In this document: piece by piece, positions 1-14,287 of the stretch | Layout of the letters: every line of letters starts with the position of its first letter | Position numbering within the stretch: the first letter of the stretch is position 1 | From: Octopus vulgaris | Taxonomy: Eukaryota | Direction of reading: 5' to 3' | Assembly: GCA_951406725.2 (NCBI GenBank) | Contig: OX597830.1 | Span: forward strand, 79,900,033 to 79,964,032 | DNA: 64,000 nt | Translations under genes and position numbers: made by a program | The notes under the pieces: generated by a model | Seen by the model: the letters and a program-made list of their open reading frames with translations, nothing else | Told to the model about the DNA's origin: nothing | Databases searched by the model: none

Positions 1-600
1 TTGAAGCTCACCTCGGGTGAGTAGGGGTGTGTGAACCAGATAGTTTTCCTATTTCTATGTTTCCTCTTTATTATTGGACTGGTGGCAGGTGTTTAGGTTA
101 TTTCCTCGCCAAAACCATTATCTTTTATATCTTTTATCTTTTCAAACGCTATTAAAAATGTCCCTATCGGAGGAGAGGCTAGAAAATCTTTTGCTAAAGA
201 TTTTAACTAAATTTTTAAACAGTACGGGGGGGATGGCAAGAATCCACATTAACATATCTAAGTCTATCGTTGGGCTTCCTATAAGGCTTATAAATGTTCT
301 TATTTAGATCTAAGGATACACCTAGGAAATTGACAACCGCCAGGTTGGTGTCTGTAGTCATGCTAAGTCTGTAGTCATGCTAAGTCTGTAGTCATGCTAA
401 GTCTGTAGTCATGCTAAGTCATGCTAAGATAACGTCCTTCCTAAACCGATCCTGTGCTGGTCCTTTGGTATTAGCAGTTAAGGCGAGGGCATCATCTTTG
501 TAAATGGCGAAGTATACGTCAGGAAAGATCTTGCCCAACGTATCGAGTAGGAATAGTCCAATAAGATAGCAAAGAGATACACCAATAATAAAAATAAAAA
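1..600 (-). mobile_element. Penelope-like element reverse transcriptase fragment (degenerate, runs off the window edge)
   Basis: Minus-strand translation gives AIYKDDALAL (YRDDGL-like RT motif), VVNFLG..LDL, YKPYRKPN, YVNVDSCHPP and RKTIWFTHPYS, the motif order of PLE RT/thumb regions. Confidence 0.8.
351..428. repeat. 17-bp tandem repeat (tctgtagtcatgctaag x4 plus partial) inside the PLE RT
   Basis: Four exact units start at 351, 368, 385 and 402, followed by a 10-bp partial unit. Confidence 0.95.
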
Positions 601-642
601 TACATCGCATCAAAGTCTTGAACGATAGTATACAAATCGCAC

Positions 643-2371
643 ATAGAACTGGATGCGGATATAAATGTTACGGCAAAACGATCGGCCACCTTTTATATAT
701 GGATGACCTAAAACTATACGCTGCAAATGACAAACAGCTGGAAACACTATTAAAGACAGTTCATGGATTTACCAAAGAAATAGATATGAAATTTGGATTA
801 GAAAAATGCGCCAAAGTAACCATGAAAAGAGGAAAACTAGTTAAGAGTAGCAACATCACACTAGATAAAACCAATGAAATAAAAGAATTAGACCAAAGCC
901 AAACTTACAAATACTTAGGAATCCATGAACTAGATAAGACACAACACACACAAATGAAAGAGAAACTAAAAAAGAATATTATAGACGAGTTAGATCAATA
1001 CTAAAAACAGAGCTCAATGCTAAAAACAAAATAATAGGTATTAACACTTTAGCTGTCCCAGTTATAAGTTACAGCTACAATATCCTTAACTGGACACGAA
1101 ATGAACTGACCAAAATAGATAGGAAAACAAGAAAAATAATGACAGGATCTAGGATGCATTACCCAAAATCTGACATAGAAAGACTATATATACAACGTAT
1201 AGAAGGTGGTAGGGGCCTTATACAGCTGGAAAACTACTATAAAATAACCACCATAGGACTGCAAAAATATCTACTTCAGAAGGAAGGAAGACTGATACAA
1301 ATAGCGGCAAAACACGAGCAAAAAACTGTTCTCAGTATTTAAGGAAAAAAACTGTTCTCAGTATTTAAGGAAGCTGACAAATACAAACAGGAAATCATAC
1401 CACCTAATAAATATGAAGAAGAAGAAGAAGAAGATGAAGAAACAACAAAAGCTATAAAACAAATGAAATCCAAACTAAAAATAGAACAGCAACGAACCAT
1501 GATAAAACGATGGCAAGAAAAGCCCTTCATGGTAAATACTGGACTAAACTAAACGCAAAAGAAATAGACAAAGAAAAATCCCAGCAATGGTTGAGAAGCT
1601 CAGGACTCAAAGCAGAAACAGAGGGATTTTTAATTGCAGCACAAGACCAAAGCCTCCCCACCAGAAATTACCAAAAACATGTAATGAAAAGAAATATTTC
1701 AAGTAACTGCAGAATATGTGGAGATGGACAAGAAACAATAAATCATATTATCTCTAGCTGCCCAGTCCTGGCTAAGAAGGAATATATTCACAGACATGAC
1801 AGAGTTGGAACCTACATACATTGGAAGCTATGCCAACATTATGGAATAACAACAGAAAAAAGATGGTATAGGCACACACCAGAAAAGGTCACAGAAAACG
1901 AGAAAGCAACCATACTCTGGGATATGCTGATACACACAGATAGAGAAATTAAGGCCAACAGACCAGGTATAGTTGTCAGAGATCATGAAGAAAAAAAATG
2001 CTTTCTAATTGATGTATCAATACCGGCAGATGACAACGTGTCTATAAAAGACATTTAGAAACTCTCAAAATACAAAGACCTGGAAATAGAGGTAACTAGA
2101 ATGTGGAATCTGAAAACAGAAACAATTCCTATCATAGTAGGTGCATTAAGCATGATAAAAAAATAATCAGACAAATACATAACAAAAACACCAGGACTTA
2201 CAAACACATATAACGTACAGAAAATTGCACTACTAGGCACTGCACACATCCTACGCAGAACACTTTCCATACAATAACCATCAGAGCATCACAACAAATC
2301 ACAGCACATACCCAAGGCACACAAAGCTGCGCTCGGTAGTGAAGTGAAAGCACGCTATAAAAATAAAACTA

Positions 2372-2374
<3 letters not shown>
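643..2374 (+). mobile_element. 5'-truncated R4/Dong-clade non-LTR retrotransposon (RT + CCHC + RLE), frameshifted
   Basis: HLLYMDDLKLY RT motif, YKYLG, LY..R..GGRGL, CRIC..ETINHIISSC zinc knuckle, RHD, RP(D>G)IVV..IDVSIP, KYKDL, QKIALLGTAHILR. A 26-bp duplication lies at 1320-1371. Ends in (TAA)n. Confidence 0.92.
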
Positions 2375-2451
<77 letters not shown>

Positions 2452-2453
2452 GG

Positions 2454-2516
<63 letters not shown>
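2375..2516. repeat. (TAA)n microsatellite, tail/target of the Dong-like element
   Basis: Nearly pure AAT repeat directly after the element's 3' UTR. Confidence 0.95.
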
Positions 2517-2571
2517 TAACAACATTGAAAAATACCTTAGGAATGAGAACCCAGGTTCGAAATTTCCCCAA

Positions 2572-2617
2572 GACACCTGATGAAGGCTGGAGAGTATATC
2601 AGCCGAAACGTTGTGTT
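2572..2617 (+). ncRNA. Minimal type I hammerhead ribozyme motif in a PLE pLTR-like repeat (2517-2666)
   Basis: gacac-CTGATGA-a-ggctg[gagagtatat]cagcc-GAAAC-GTT-gtgtt: stem I gacac/gtgtt, stem II ggctg/cagcc, palindromic stem III aacgtt. Confidence 0.8.
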
Positions 2618-2758
2618 AACAAGAAACAAGATGAGGACAAATATCCGTCAAATGTAAATAATGTAGAAAATACTTTGTAGGCAATAAAAGTGTAAACATG
2701 TAAAACTATATAAATACAATAATATTGTAAAATTCCGGTTTCTTTCGGGTAAACCCTC

Positions 2759-2803
<45 letters not shown>

Positions 2804-3678
2804 GTGTGTGTATGTTTGTGTGTGTGTGTGGTGTGCGTGTGTGTGTCTGAGTGTGTATGTGTATATGTCTGTGTCTGTGTGCATAAAATAAAGTTCACAA
2901 TGGAAAAGTGGTATAGCAATTAATTATTTATTTCTCCTAATATCTATAAAGTTCACAAAAGATTAATAAGTAAATAAAATATCCGACACATCCTTCAGCT
3001 AATTTACCAAGAGCATATCCGTTTATGATTATATAATTAAATGATTCAATAATTAAATAATTAATCAATACAATGCATTTAGGAAAACAGCTTCATCAGG
3101 GAACTTAAGAGAAAGTTCCTTGTTACAACATTTTGGTAAATAAAAATAACGCAAATCTCTATTAAACCGTTAGGAGCATTTTCGCTGTCAGGAATCTGCG
3201 TGTGTGTAGGAGGTAGATAGAATACACTTCAAACAAAATGACTAATCTAAATTATTACGCTCAGCAATAGTATACAAACAAAAACTGCATGACATTATGT
3301 TCCGTAAACCGAATCTTCTTTGCTAATTGTTAACCTTACTTTAATTATAGTATAAGTTAATATTTCTAAATTCTACTTTATATAGTTGTCTATATAAATA
3401 TGATTTACATATATCGACAACTAAACCCCCACTCATAGACATAAACATCAATACACACAGACACATATACATATACATAAATTCATGCATACACATACAT
3501 ACACACCCATTCAGACTCATATACACCCATACATACACATATATACACATATATGCCTATACATATATAAATGTATATATATATATATATATATATATAT
3601 TTACACACACACACAAACATATATATATGGAAAAAAGTCAAGATAGAAAATGCTAAAATAATTTTTTAAAAAACATTT

Positions 3679-3714
3679 CAGTACCGGTTCCGTTCATTGA
3701 GACTTTTTCAGCTG
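3679..3714 (-). ncRNA. Degenerate hammerhead-like motif (PLE-derived)
   Basis: Minus strand: cag-CTGAAAA-agtctcaatgaac-GGAAC-cg-GTA-ctg. Two core mismatches; palindromic accggt stem III. Confidence 0.5.
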
Positions 3715-3919
3715 CAAGTATGGAAATTTGGAAAAAATTAAATGAAAAGTATTTTAAAAGAATATTTACATAATATTCAAATACAAGAGGCATTTTCCTT
3801 GTTTCTGCCTGTCTCTGTCTCCCTTGTTTACACTTGTGGGTTCGATGTCGAAACCACAAGAGTAAGCAAGAGAGACAGAGATTGACTTGATCTTCTCTCT
3901 CTCTCTCTCTTTCTCTCTC

Positions 3920-3973
<54 letters not shown>

Positions 3974-4599
3974 CGTCATGATTCCTTATGTGTTTAAATA
4001 TACAATATGTAGTATGACTAATATATAGTCTTTTTGACTAATTGTTTTACACGTTAGACCACTGGAAATGTAAATTTTGATTAAATGTTTATAATTTTAA
4101 TTAAATTCTATTTCCCTTTGATATGATTATATATACATCATTGTCAGATCATTAACCTTTATCAAGTTAGATTCAGAACAAAGGCATATTTCTAAATATA
4201 GAACCAATATACATAGAAAATTCTGAATATACAAAATATATTTAAATATTAATTTGAACATTAACCTCATCATTTATATAATAATAATTGATACATGATT
4301 TACCAGCCAATCAAGAACGTTCAATATAACTTTCACATGTTTTGTCAAACAACAGAAATATATGATTTATTATATGACGCTCAACTAGTGCAAAGATTGT
4401 ATGTCAACAACATATATGGCTATACAGACATAAGCACATGTACATAGACACACACACACACACACACATATATACAAAAGTATAGCTATACCTATACACA
4501 CACACACACTCATCCTCATCTTCAGAGATACATAGAGACATAGACAGAGATATACATACACAGTAAAACAATGAATCAATGGCTAGTTATTGTACGTTA

Positions 4600-5870
<1,271 letters not shown>

Positions 5871-5958
5871 TGCATTTTCCTCCTTTTACTATATGTTTGA
5901 TATTTCTCACCCCTTCAACTTATTACTCAGTGAAAATCTCTTCATGGAAATTTCTTAC

Positions 5959-6040
<82 letters not shown>

Positions 6041-6229
6041 ATGTGAGGTTTCTCATGAGTGCTACCAGTAACATGGAATCCAGTGAAGTTGTTACATGGT
6101 CGAGTAATGGACGACTCAACCGGCTTCACCACTAGGCTTGCCTGATCAGGAGGGATACTAGAAACCCAGCAGGACTAAAAACAAGACTTGCTAAAGGGAC
6201 AGATGAACCTTGTGTATGTTCAACAACTA

Positions 6230-6480
6230 TCTTGCAACAGTACTGGATCTCAGAAATCCCGCGTTGGTGTCCGGTGAATTGGAAGACCCCTGGGAGAAAG
6301 TCACTCTGAATTAAAAATATATAGGGAACGGCATTGAACATTTTGAAGATCTTTTGTTTGCACTTGTGAGTATGGTCCTCCATATCCAGTGCAACAACGG
6401 GCCTGCGACCCGTGGTTGCACTGGATATCTTGCGTTGGCTTTTCTCTGGATCATCAAAGATGAGTGGTGAAGAGGGCCTG
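6230..6480 (+). mobile_element. Possible highly degenerate Hero/NeSL-like RLE C-terminus
   Basis: Frame reads ..GELEDPWEK..*KY..RGC..FLWIIKDEW*, loosely resembling ELTVPWE..KY..RG..WIWLK. Confidence 0.3.
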
Positions 6481-6899
6481 TGAGGTGTTGTGAAGCCTTA
6501 TTGGACCTAAGATTGTAGGTTGTGCAATTGCCAACGAGGCGACTCTGTGATACCCAGTCCAGTAGAGAGGCGAAGCGGGCGTGAACTTTTGTGAAGCCAA
6601 CAGTGGGTGCAAGGACCACATGCACGGGCAATGCCGGCATTTTGCCTGGACACTGGTCATTGTTGGTTGCTAGTGGATTACCATTACATAAATGTTTCTG
6701 TTTCATATTCTCCATGAATGAAAGAATAAATGAAAATCAGTCACTCGCATTTTACGATTAATTGTTGACACTCTTCGAAGTGTTACAACTAATAATAAAT
6801 GTCTTATTTATTAAGATACTACCTTAACTACCGAAGTAAATAATTGTGTTAAATGCTGAAAGCTCAAATTTAAACATTATCCTAGTTCGTTTCTCTATT

Positions 6900-7545
6900 T
6901 GGGGATGATCAATTTATCTTTTGGACTTTCCTCATTATTGTAGATTCCATTTTTATTGACTCAGCCATTATAGAAGCTGGTGTTTGAGACCACGGCCACC
7001 ATACATGCTTGAGAAGTATAGCCTATCAAAATCTCCAATGGATTTGAAGTTTCCGTACCACCTAGCAGCTCATGGGATATATATCTATCTCACTGAGTTC
7101 TGATAGTGACCAGTTCAGAACGTATAGTGTAGGTGTGAGGAAAAGCACTGCAAAGGAGTAGTACACGTGTTGTAAGCTGAGAGTTCAGATGACCATAGTT
7201 TTTTACCCTCTTCAAGTACTTATAGTTTGTCCTCTCCTTATTGATGGATCCGACATTCTCATCCTGTTCAAGACATTTGTAAGTTTTCCCAGAGAGCTGA
7301 GGCTGTATTTCTAGGTGGTTAATGTTTAATGTGTTGGAGAGGGGGAAAAGGTTACCAAATTTTGTCTCTCAAAGTTTACATTTGGACACAACAAATTCCA
7401 TTCCGATATCTTTTGAGAAACGGATTATGAGATCCAGTTGCTCTTTATCGTGATTAATATTTGGCTCATACTGCTTCAGATCATTAACAAAGAAAAGATA
7501 AGAGATGTTATTGAAACCATTCCTATGGCTGTTATGTCTGATGGC
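6900..7545 (-). mobile_element. Degenerate R4/Dong-type LINE RT fragment (second subfamily)
   Basis: Minus strand: ISYLFFVNDLKQY..EQLDLIIRFSKDIGMEFVVSKC. Confidence 0.7.
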
Positions 7546-9189
7546 TGTTAAGGCTGTTATGGCTGTTATGTTTGATTAGATATGACATCGGGGACTCAAT
7601 GACAGACAGAAAGGAAGCATGGAGAGAAAGAGGGAGCACATGCGAGAGGGAGGGGGATGTAGGAGAAATAGAAAAAAAGGGTATCTTAGGAAATATCAGT
7701 CTGTGAAAAGTAAAGGAAATAGTTTGAAATTATATTTAAGAGAAATGATAAAGGGAGAATAAATACTCCTCAAAACAATAGAGGAGAGAAAGGAAAGAAA
7801 GATGGTGAAAAAGAAAGTACAGAAGAGAGGGGAGGGGTATGTAAGACAGATATAAAGATGGGTGTCTTTGGAAATGGTCAGTCTGTGAATTGATTGATAG
7901 AGAGCATTAGCAGTTGGAAAATAAATATAAATAGAAATATACCCGAATATATGAATAAAAGTAGGGTATGATCATACAGGGCATAAGTACCGGAAGGTCT
8001 ATTTCAATGTTGCAAAAGGACTAAATCGTAACACGTATATATATATATATTGTTTGAGGGAGAAAAAGATAGATCTATACAAATATACACATATACCCAA
8101 ATCGAAGGTCGCTTAGACACCCAAAGACGAACACACACAAAATAAAGTGTATATATATATATGCATGTATGTATGTATGCATGTGTGCATGTAGGTAGGT
8201 ATTTATGTATATATGAATGCATGTAATATGTGTGTATCTATGTATGCATGCATGCATGTATGTGTGTATGTATGCATATGCGTGTGTGTATGTATATAGA
8301 CAGGTAGATAGGGAGCACGGCAAGTACGTGTATACGTATGAAAATAGGTTCAACCTAAACTTTATTGCTAATGATTTTGTTGCTGCATTTCTCGTTCCTA
8401 AGGGTTGATGTTACATGGCAACGCCTGGGTATGTTTAAAATAGGGCAGGGTATTTATGAGAATTTCAACAAACATTTCAAATCGAATACAAACAAATTAA
8501 ATAAATCTACATGAATTCCGAGAGAGATAAAGGAGACTGAACGTGGTTTTATGCGTGAGAGAATGTGCACATGTGTGAGTGCGTGCCTGTATGTGTATGT
8601 GTGTGTGTGTTATTTATGTATTTACATGTCAAAACCTATTATGATATTTGTCATCCTTGTTTCACTTTGCAGCTAACAACCAATGTATCATAGTATTAAA
8701 TTGAAAAGGATTTTTAAATGCATATAGCTAAATCCACACACCCTAATATTCCCTTACATACCCAATAACAAGATGGAAATATCTGCGCTCCTACAGGTCA
8801 TGCATCACCAAAATTGAGGAGTACTTTTGAGCCTTCTTCGAAGACTACATTCAACTTCCAGAAAACGCTGCCAAGATTATTATTGTTTTATCCTGCATTT
8901 ATCGTGAATATAGTTCAATGTTTCTTTGCTGTAATATCGTTTGCCCAGACAGAAGTTGATTTCTATACAAAGATATTTGTGATTATTCATTGAATTAGGA
9001 AGTAAAAATAATAATACAACGTGTAGGTTTGTTTAAAATAGAGCAGAACATGATTCATCGATTAATTATGAGAATGTGAGCAAGAATCTCAAATGGAATA
9101 CAAAGAACTATATCAAAACTGCATGGTACTTGAATTACGGGCGACAATAAGGATATTAAATGTCGCTGCATACTTCTGTGTATGAGCGT

Positions 9190-9282
<93 letters not shown>

Positions 9283-9609
9283 TGTGTGTGTGTGTATGTG
9301 TGTGTGTGTATGTGTGTATGTATGTGAGTGTTTGTGTGTCTGATTGATATATTTACCTCTCAAATCCTGTAATCCTACACATCCTTCCTTGTTTCACCTT
9401 ACAGCTAGCAACCAGGGCAGTTTAATTATATATGCATGCATACATGTATGTATGTATGTATGTATGTATGTATGTATGTATGTATGTATGTATGTATGTA
9501 TGTATGTATGTATGTATGTATGTATGTATGTTTGTATGTATATGTACGTATGTATGTATATGTACGTAGGTATTTATGTGTGTATGTTTGTATGTATATA
9601 TCTATGTAA

Positions 9610-10020
9610 AGATTTGCTTTCTCTTTTCAATATTGACCGGGCAGCTACATATTATCAAGGTTTTAAAGAAAAGTTTCTAAGTTTAACTGAAAATATGTCC
9701 CATGCAATCAGTAACCCCTAAAATGTTTTCAGACTGCTAGGGCTTCACTGTATCTTTCGCTTATTAATTATTTCCTATCAATCTCTCGTTTTTGCATTTC
9801 AAATGCTTTGCCTTCGAATTGCGATGTGATGTGGCGGAGACTTTCATTTAATTAGAAATATCTTCTAATCAAAACATTGTATACCGTGTCGCTACAGCTT
9901 CCAACAATTATAATTCCGTTAATTATCTTTTCCTGTTACTCATCTCTCTCACCCTCAACAGGCTCGACAGCGATAAAACGTATTTTTGAGCAATATCTTA
10001 ACAATAATTATCGATGTTAA
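9610..10020 (-). mobile_element. Ancient R4/Dong-type LINE relic (duplicated at ~16190-16600)
   Basis: Minus frame with stops reads HITSQFEGKAFEMQKREI; homologous to 24990-25600(+) and to SHFEGYAVAIQ..EI at ~27300-27350(-). Confidence 0.55.
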
Positions 10021-10124
10021 GTCTGTATGTCAATATTTACGAATACATTTACGCCTGCACGAACACACACACACACGCATATATATGCATGACCAATTCC
10101 GATAAACTCAAGGCTAGATTGTTC

Positions 10125-10220
10125 GTTCCAACGTACGTTTCACTATTCTAGTTCTTTGCGACACTGCATTGGATGTTTCAAGTGGAATGGATTCTTAACA
10201 ACAACGGATCATCAGGGAAC
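10125..10220 (-). ncRNA. Hammerhead-like motif with an expanded (~70 nt) stem II region; second copy at 16706-16801
   Basis: gttcc-CTGATGA-[~70 nt]-GAAAC-gtac-GTT-ggaac. Perfect 5-bp stem I and palindromic acgtacgt stem III; base of stem II decayed. Confidence 0.6.
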
Positions 10221-10454
10221 ATCTTACTGCATTACGTTATATACGCCTAATGTGTTGAGTTGGGCAGATGGCGCGAGATTTTATAAGAATTTAGAGGGGG
10301 AAGGATGAAAAAGATATGATCAGAGAAAGATAAAGGGAGACGAAGAAAGAAAGAAAAATGTGAGAGAGAAAACGACAATATTGTAATTATAAAAAGAAAG
10401 AATGAAAGATGAGAAGGACTGAAGTGGAAAACTGAATAAAAATTAAACAAAATA

Positions 10455-10622
10455 GGCGTAGGATTGGCTGTGTGGTAAGTAGCTTGCTTACGAACCACAT
10501 GGTTCCGGGTTCAGTCCCACTGTGTGTCGCGTTGGGCAAGTGTTTTCTATAGCCTCGGGCTGACCAATGCCTTGTCAGTGGATTTGGTAGACGGAAAATG
10601 AAAGAAGCCTGTCGTATGTATG

Positions 10623-10675
<53 letters not shown>

Positions 10676-10925
10676 CATACATATGTATGTGTTTGTGTAT
10701 ATGTTTGCGTGTCCGTGTTCGTCTCCCCAACATCGCTTGACAACCGATGCTGGTGTGTTTACGTCCCCGTAACTTAGCGGTTCGGCAAAACACCCCGTTA
10801 TAACAAGTACTAGGCTTACAAACAATAAGTCCTAGTGTCGATTTGCTCGACTAAAGGCTGTGCTCCAGCATGGCAGCAGTCAAATGACTGAAACAAGTAA
10901 GAGAGTAAAAGAGTAAAAAGAGTAA
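10455..10925 (+). mobile_element. tRNA-derived SINE (octopus-type) with internal (TA)n
   Basis: A-box-like tggctgtgtggtaag, B-box ggttcagtccc, tail ..gtgctccagcatggcagcagtcaaatgactgaaac and (gagtaaaa)n end. Confidence 0.85.
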
Positions 10926-11463
10926 AATATTTAAAAATAATATCATGTTAAGAGAAATAGTAAAGACACAAATAATAAATAAATAAATAAATAAATACTC
11001 GCCAAAACATAAAATACACGAGAGACAGAAAGTAAGCGTGGTGAGAAGGAGAAAGCACATGAAAGAGGGAGGGGGAAGGAAGAGGACTATAAAAAGTTTA
11101 TCTTTGGAAATGGTCAGTCTGTGAAAAGTAAAGGAAATAGTTTGAAATTATATTTAAGTGAAATGATAAAGGGAGAATAAATACTCCTCAAAACAATAGA
11201 GGAGAGAAAGGAAAGAAAGATGGTGAGAAAGAAAGTACAGAAGAGAGGGAGGGGTATGTAAGACAGGTATAAAGATGGGTGTCTTTGGAAATGGTCAGTC
11301 TGCGAATTGATTGACAGAGAGCATTAGCAGTTGGAAAATAAATATAAATAGAAATATACCCGAATATATGAATAATAGTAGGGTATGATCATACAGGGCA
11401 TAAGTACCGGAAGGACTATTTCAATGTTGCAAAAGTACTAAATCGTAACACGTATCGTAATCA

Positions 11464-11601
<138 letters not shown>

Positions 11602-12318
11602 AACTGAAATGCATTGTTACCGTTTGGCTCGCTTTCAATGCCACAACGTCCCGTCCGATTCGCTCTAAAATTTACAGGGACATGTAGAATGAGGTGACGA
11701 TGCCTGTGGGCGACGTTAGAAATCCCTATCTTAAAAGGTGTGGTTGCTAGGGGCCATCTTTCTCACTCACGCTATTGCCTTCATTCCCCTCTTACTCCCC
11801 TTCATGTATAACTTTGACAATTCAACTCCCGTTATTTAATGTATTCCCTTCAACTCCCTTTCACTTTTCCTTTATAAGTTCGTCAGACGGTGTTCTTTGA
11901 TCTATCTGCCTGCATTCATAGAGAGTATTATCATTGCCACCAACAACACACAATCATGAAAACAAATATTATGAATCAGATATTCATTGCGTTCATTTAT
12001 ATATATGTGTGTGTGTGTGTGTGTGTTCGATATATACATAGGTATATATAATGTAAATATACAAAGTGTATATAACTGTATTTATGTATATTAAACTTTT
12101 TAATACTTTTTGATAGTTATATATATTTTTAAACAAATTATAAATATAATTTAATAATTTTTATTCTAAGTTTAAATAATCGAAATTTTTAAATTTTCTA
12201 TATTTTCTATATAATATTTTTATTTTTATGTATTTGTTTTTGTTTTTTTTTTGCCTCTTAGTGGTTTTATCTCAAATTTAATTTATACATCTATATATAA
12301 TTTGTAAATATAATGCGT

Positions 12319-12387
<69 letters not shown>

Positions 12388-12444
12388 TATAAAGTGTGCA
12401 TTATATGGTCGGTCGGTTCAACTGAAAATATGCACACCTATGAA

Positions 12445-13532
12445 CCCTTTCGATTCTATATTTCTGACCAAAATACACCCCTTATGTGTTTCAAGTAATT
12501 TCTAACGTAATCATAAATTTAGTTTGGTTTCATTAAACAACTATAACATTTTTATTTATCAATATTTTAATGTGATTTTTGGAAGATAATTTAATGAAAT
12601 GTTCTCAAACAATTCTATACTACGATTTTTGTCACAAAGTGACTCTAATTACAGGTAGATACAGGTAAATTCAACAAAATATAAAATTATCAAAATTTTG
12701 TTCAAACATCGCTATAGAAAATTGGTTATTAGCTAATAATCAATTGGGTATACAACATAATTTTACGATAGAATTTGTTATTCTGGGTAACTTTCTGATA
12801 CCCATAATAATATTTATGGCAAAATAGTCTTAATTTCATTTAAGGTTGTGGGAAACCACTAACTATCCTTTCTTTCGCTTTGTTTACATTTAGCGTAACG
12901 GTTCGTTTCCGCCGTAATGATTTCAAATAGGTTCATTCGAAAAAGTAAAAAGAAATAGTCTAAGGCTTTACTCTCCCGGGAAAGTCTGTGGCTTGGTCCA
13001 GTTTCTTCAGAAAAATCACCGAATGAAACAGTTTTTCAATTTTCACTCCATTCAGGTGCCAATTCATTTTCTTTATCGCTGTCGGAGCTCTCGGATTCAC
13101 TGTTTTCACTTTCGGAAAATGAAACATCAGATTCATTATCAAATACCACGTCCTGTTTTTTTTTCAGTCATAGAGTTAGATTCATCAGGGTCTTCAGTAG
13201 AAAATCCTTCGAATTCTGACTCGCTGCTTGATATGATGAAATTCATATCCATTTTTTGTCAGAATTACAAATTTTGAAAACACAATAGAAACAAATTTCG
13301 GAAAAAAATCTCCCAAAATTCACGGAATTAAAATTACACTTCGATCGTTGTACAAAACTGTAGATGAACTGTTTACGAAGTATAATCACGTGTTTTCACG
13401 AATGTAATAAAGAGATTTGCTCTGATATTCTCATTTAAATATAAATAGGTAAATACGGGCGGGTTTGGGCGGTGTGGTCACATTAACCAAAACTTTTTTC
13501 GGGCGGCTTTGGGCGGTTTGGTAACGAATGGG
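12445..13532 (-). mobile_element. Internally deleted piggyBac-like transposon
   Basis: Ends TGAA|ccctttcgatt ... gtaacgaatggg|TTAA. The minus strand (~13245-12865) encodes an acidic N-terminus then ALDYFFLLF..NLFEIITAETNRYA, typical of piggyBac transposases. Confidence 0.85.
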
Positions 13533-14287
13533 TTAAAAGTGCTGACAAGTTTGCACGACAACTATTTTTTCCTCAAATGAAAGGCGTGACCTCTAGGAAA
13601 AAATTTCTCATCTTATAAAATGTGGCCCCAGTTGACCCGAATGAAATCGGGTTATATTAACCAAAATGTGAAAAGGGGTATAAATGGGGCTGGAAGGGGA
13701 TTAAAATTTAAAGGAGCGATTGTTTAGGAATTCTCTGTTACATCAAGCTAAAAAAATTGCGCCAGCCTTTTAATCTTCAATGTGTTGCCGTCCATGATGA
13801 AGAGGTTTGGAATGCTTGCCATGGTGAGTCTACTGTCGTGAGAAAGAATCAGTTGGTGTTTACGAATTTTCTTTTACATCAAGTTCAAAATTTTACGCCA
13901 GCCGTTAAACTGTCAATACGTTGCTGTCCGTCGTTAAGAAATGCCAGCCATGGTGACTCTACTATCCTCAGATTCTATCCTTTCAAACTTTGCTTTCCAA
14001 TATTTTATTATTTTTATTCAGCTCGCAAGTCCGTCTGTCCCTTTTAAATGTTAGGGTTTGCTGTCTGCCTTGAAGCAGACCTTTCCGTTGCCACTGCCTG
14101 ATATTTATGATTGATCTTTCTAAATATTTTATTTCTCAACTTACTCAAGATCTTTTGTTGTTTATAAATGGGAGAGAGATAGATAAAGATAGAGAGTAAG
14201 AGAAAGCGAGGGAGAGTCCGAGAGAAAAGAAAAGTAAGAGAGAGGGAAAGTGAGAAAGAAAGGAGAGAGAAACAAAGAGGGAGAATC

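Larger units (their letters stand above)
7697..11114. repeat. Tandem duplication A, copy 1 (~3.4 kb unit)
   Basis: The same sequence recurs from 11115 (interrupted) and from 17678. Anchor: cagtctgtgaaaagtaaagg. Confidence 0.9.

Noticed and set aside
351-428. CRISPR-like repeat array
   Set aside because: Head-to-tail units without spacers, eukaryotic context and no cas genes.
8870-8965. Possible minus-strand terminal exon after tttgtatAG
   Set aside because: The longer frame is broken by a stop in the duplicate copy and no partner exon is convincing.
10130-10250. Minus-strand TATA plus GTACGT donor as a first exon
   Set aside because: Better explained as a PLE hammerhead remnant; all ATG frames close quickly.
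10455-10530. tRNA gene
   Set aside because: A/B boxes are present but there is no full cloverleaf, and the sequence continues into a SINE body.
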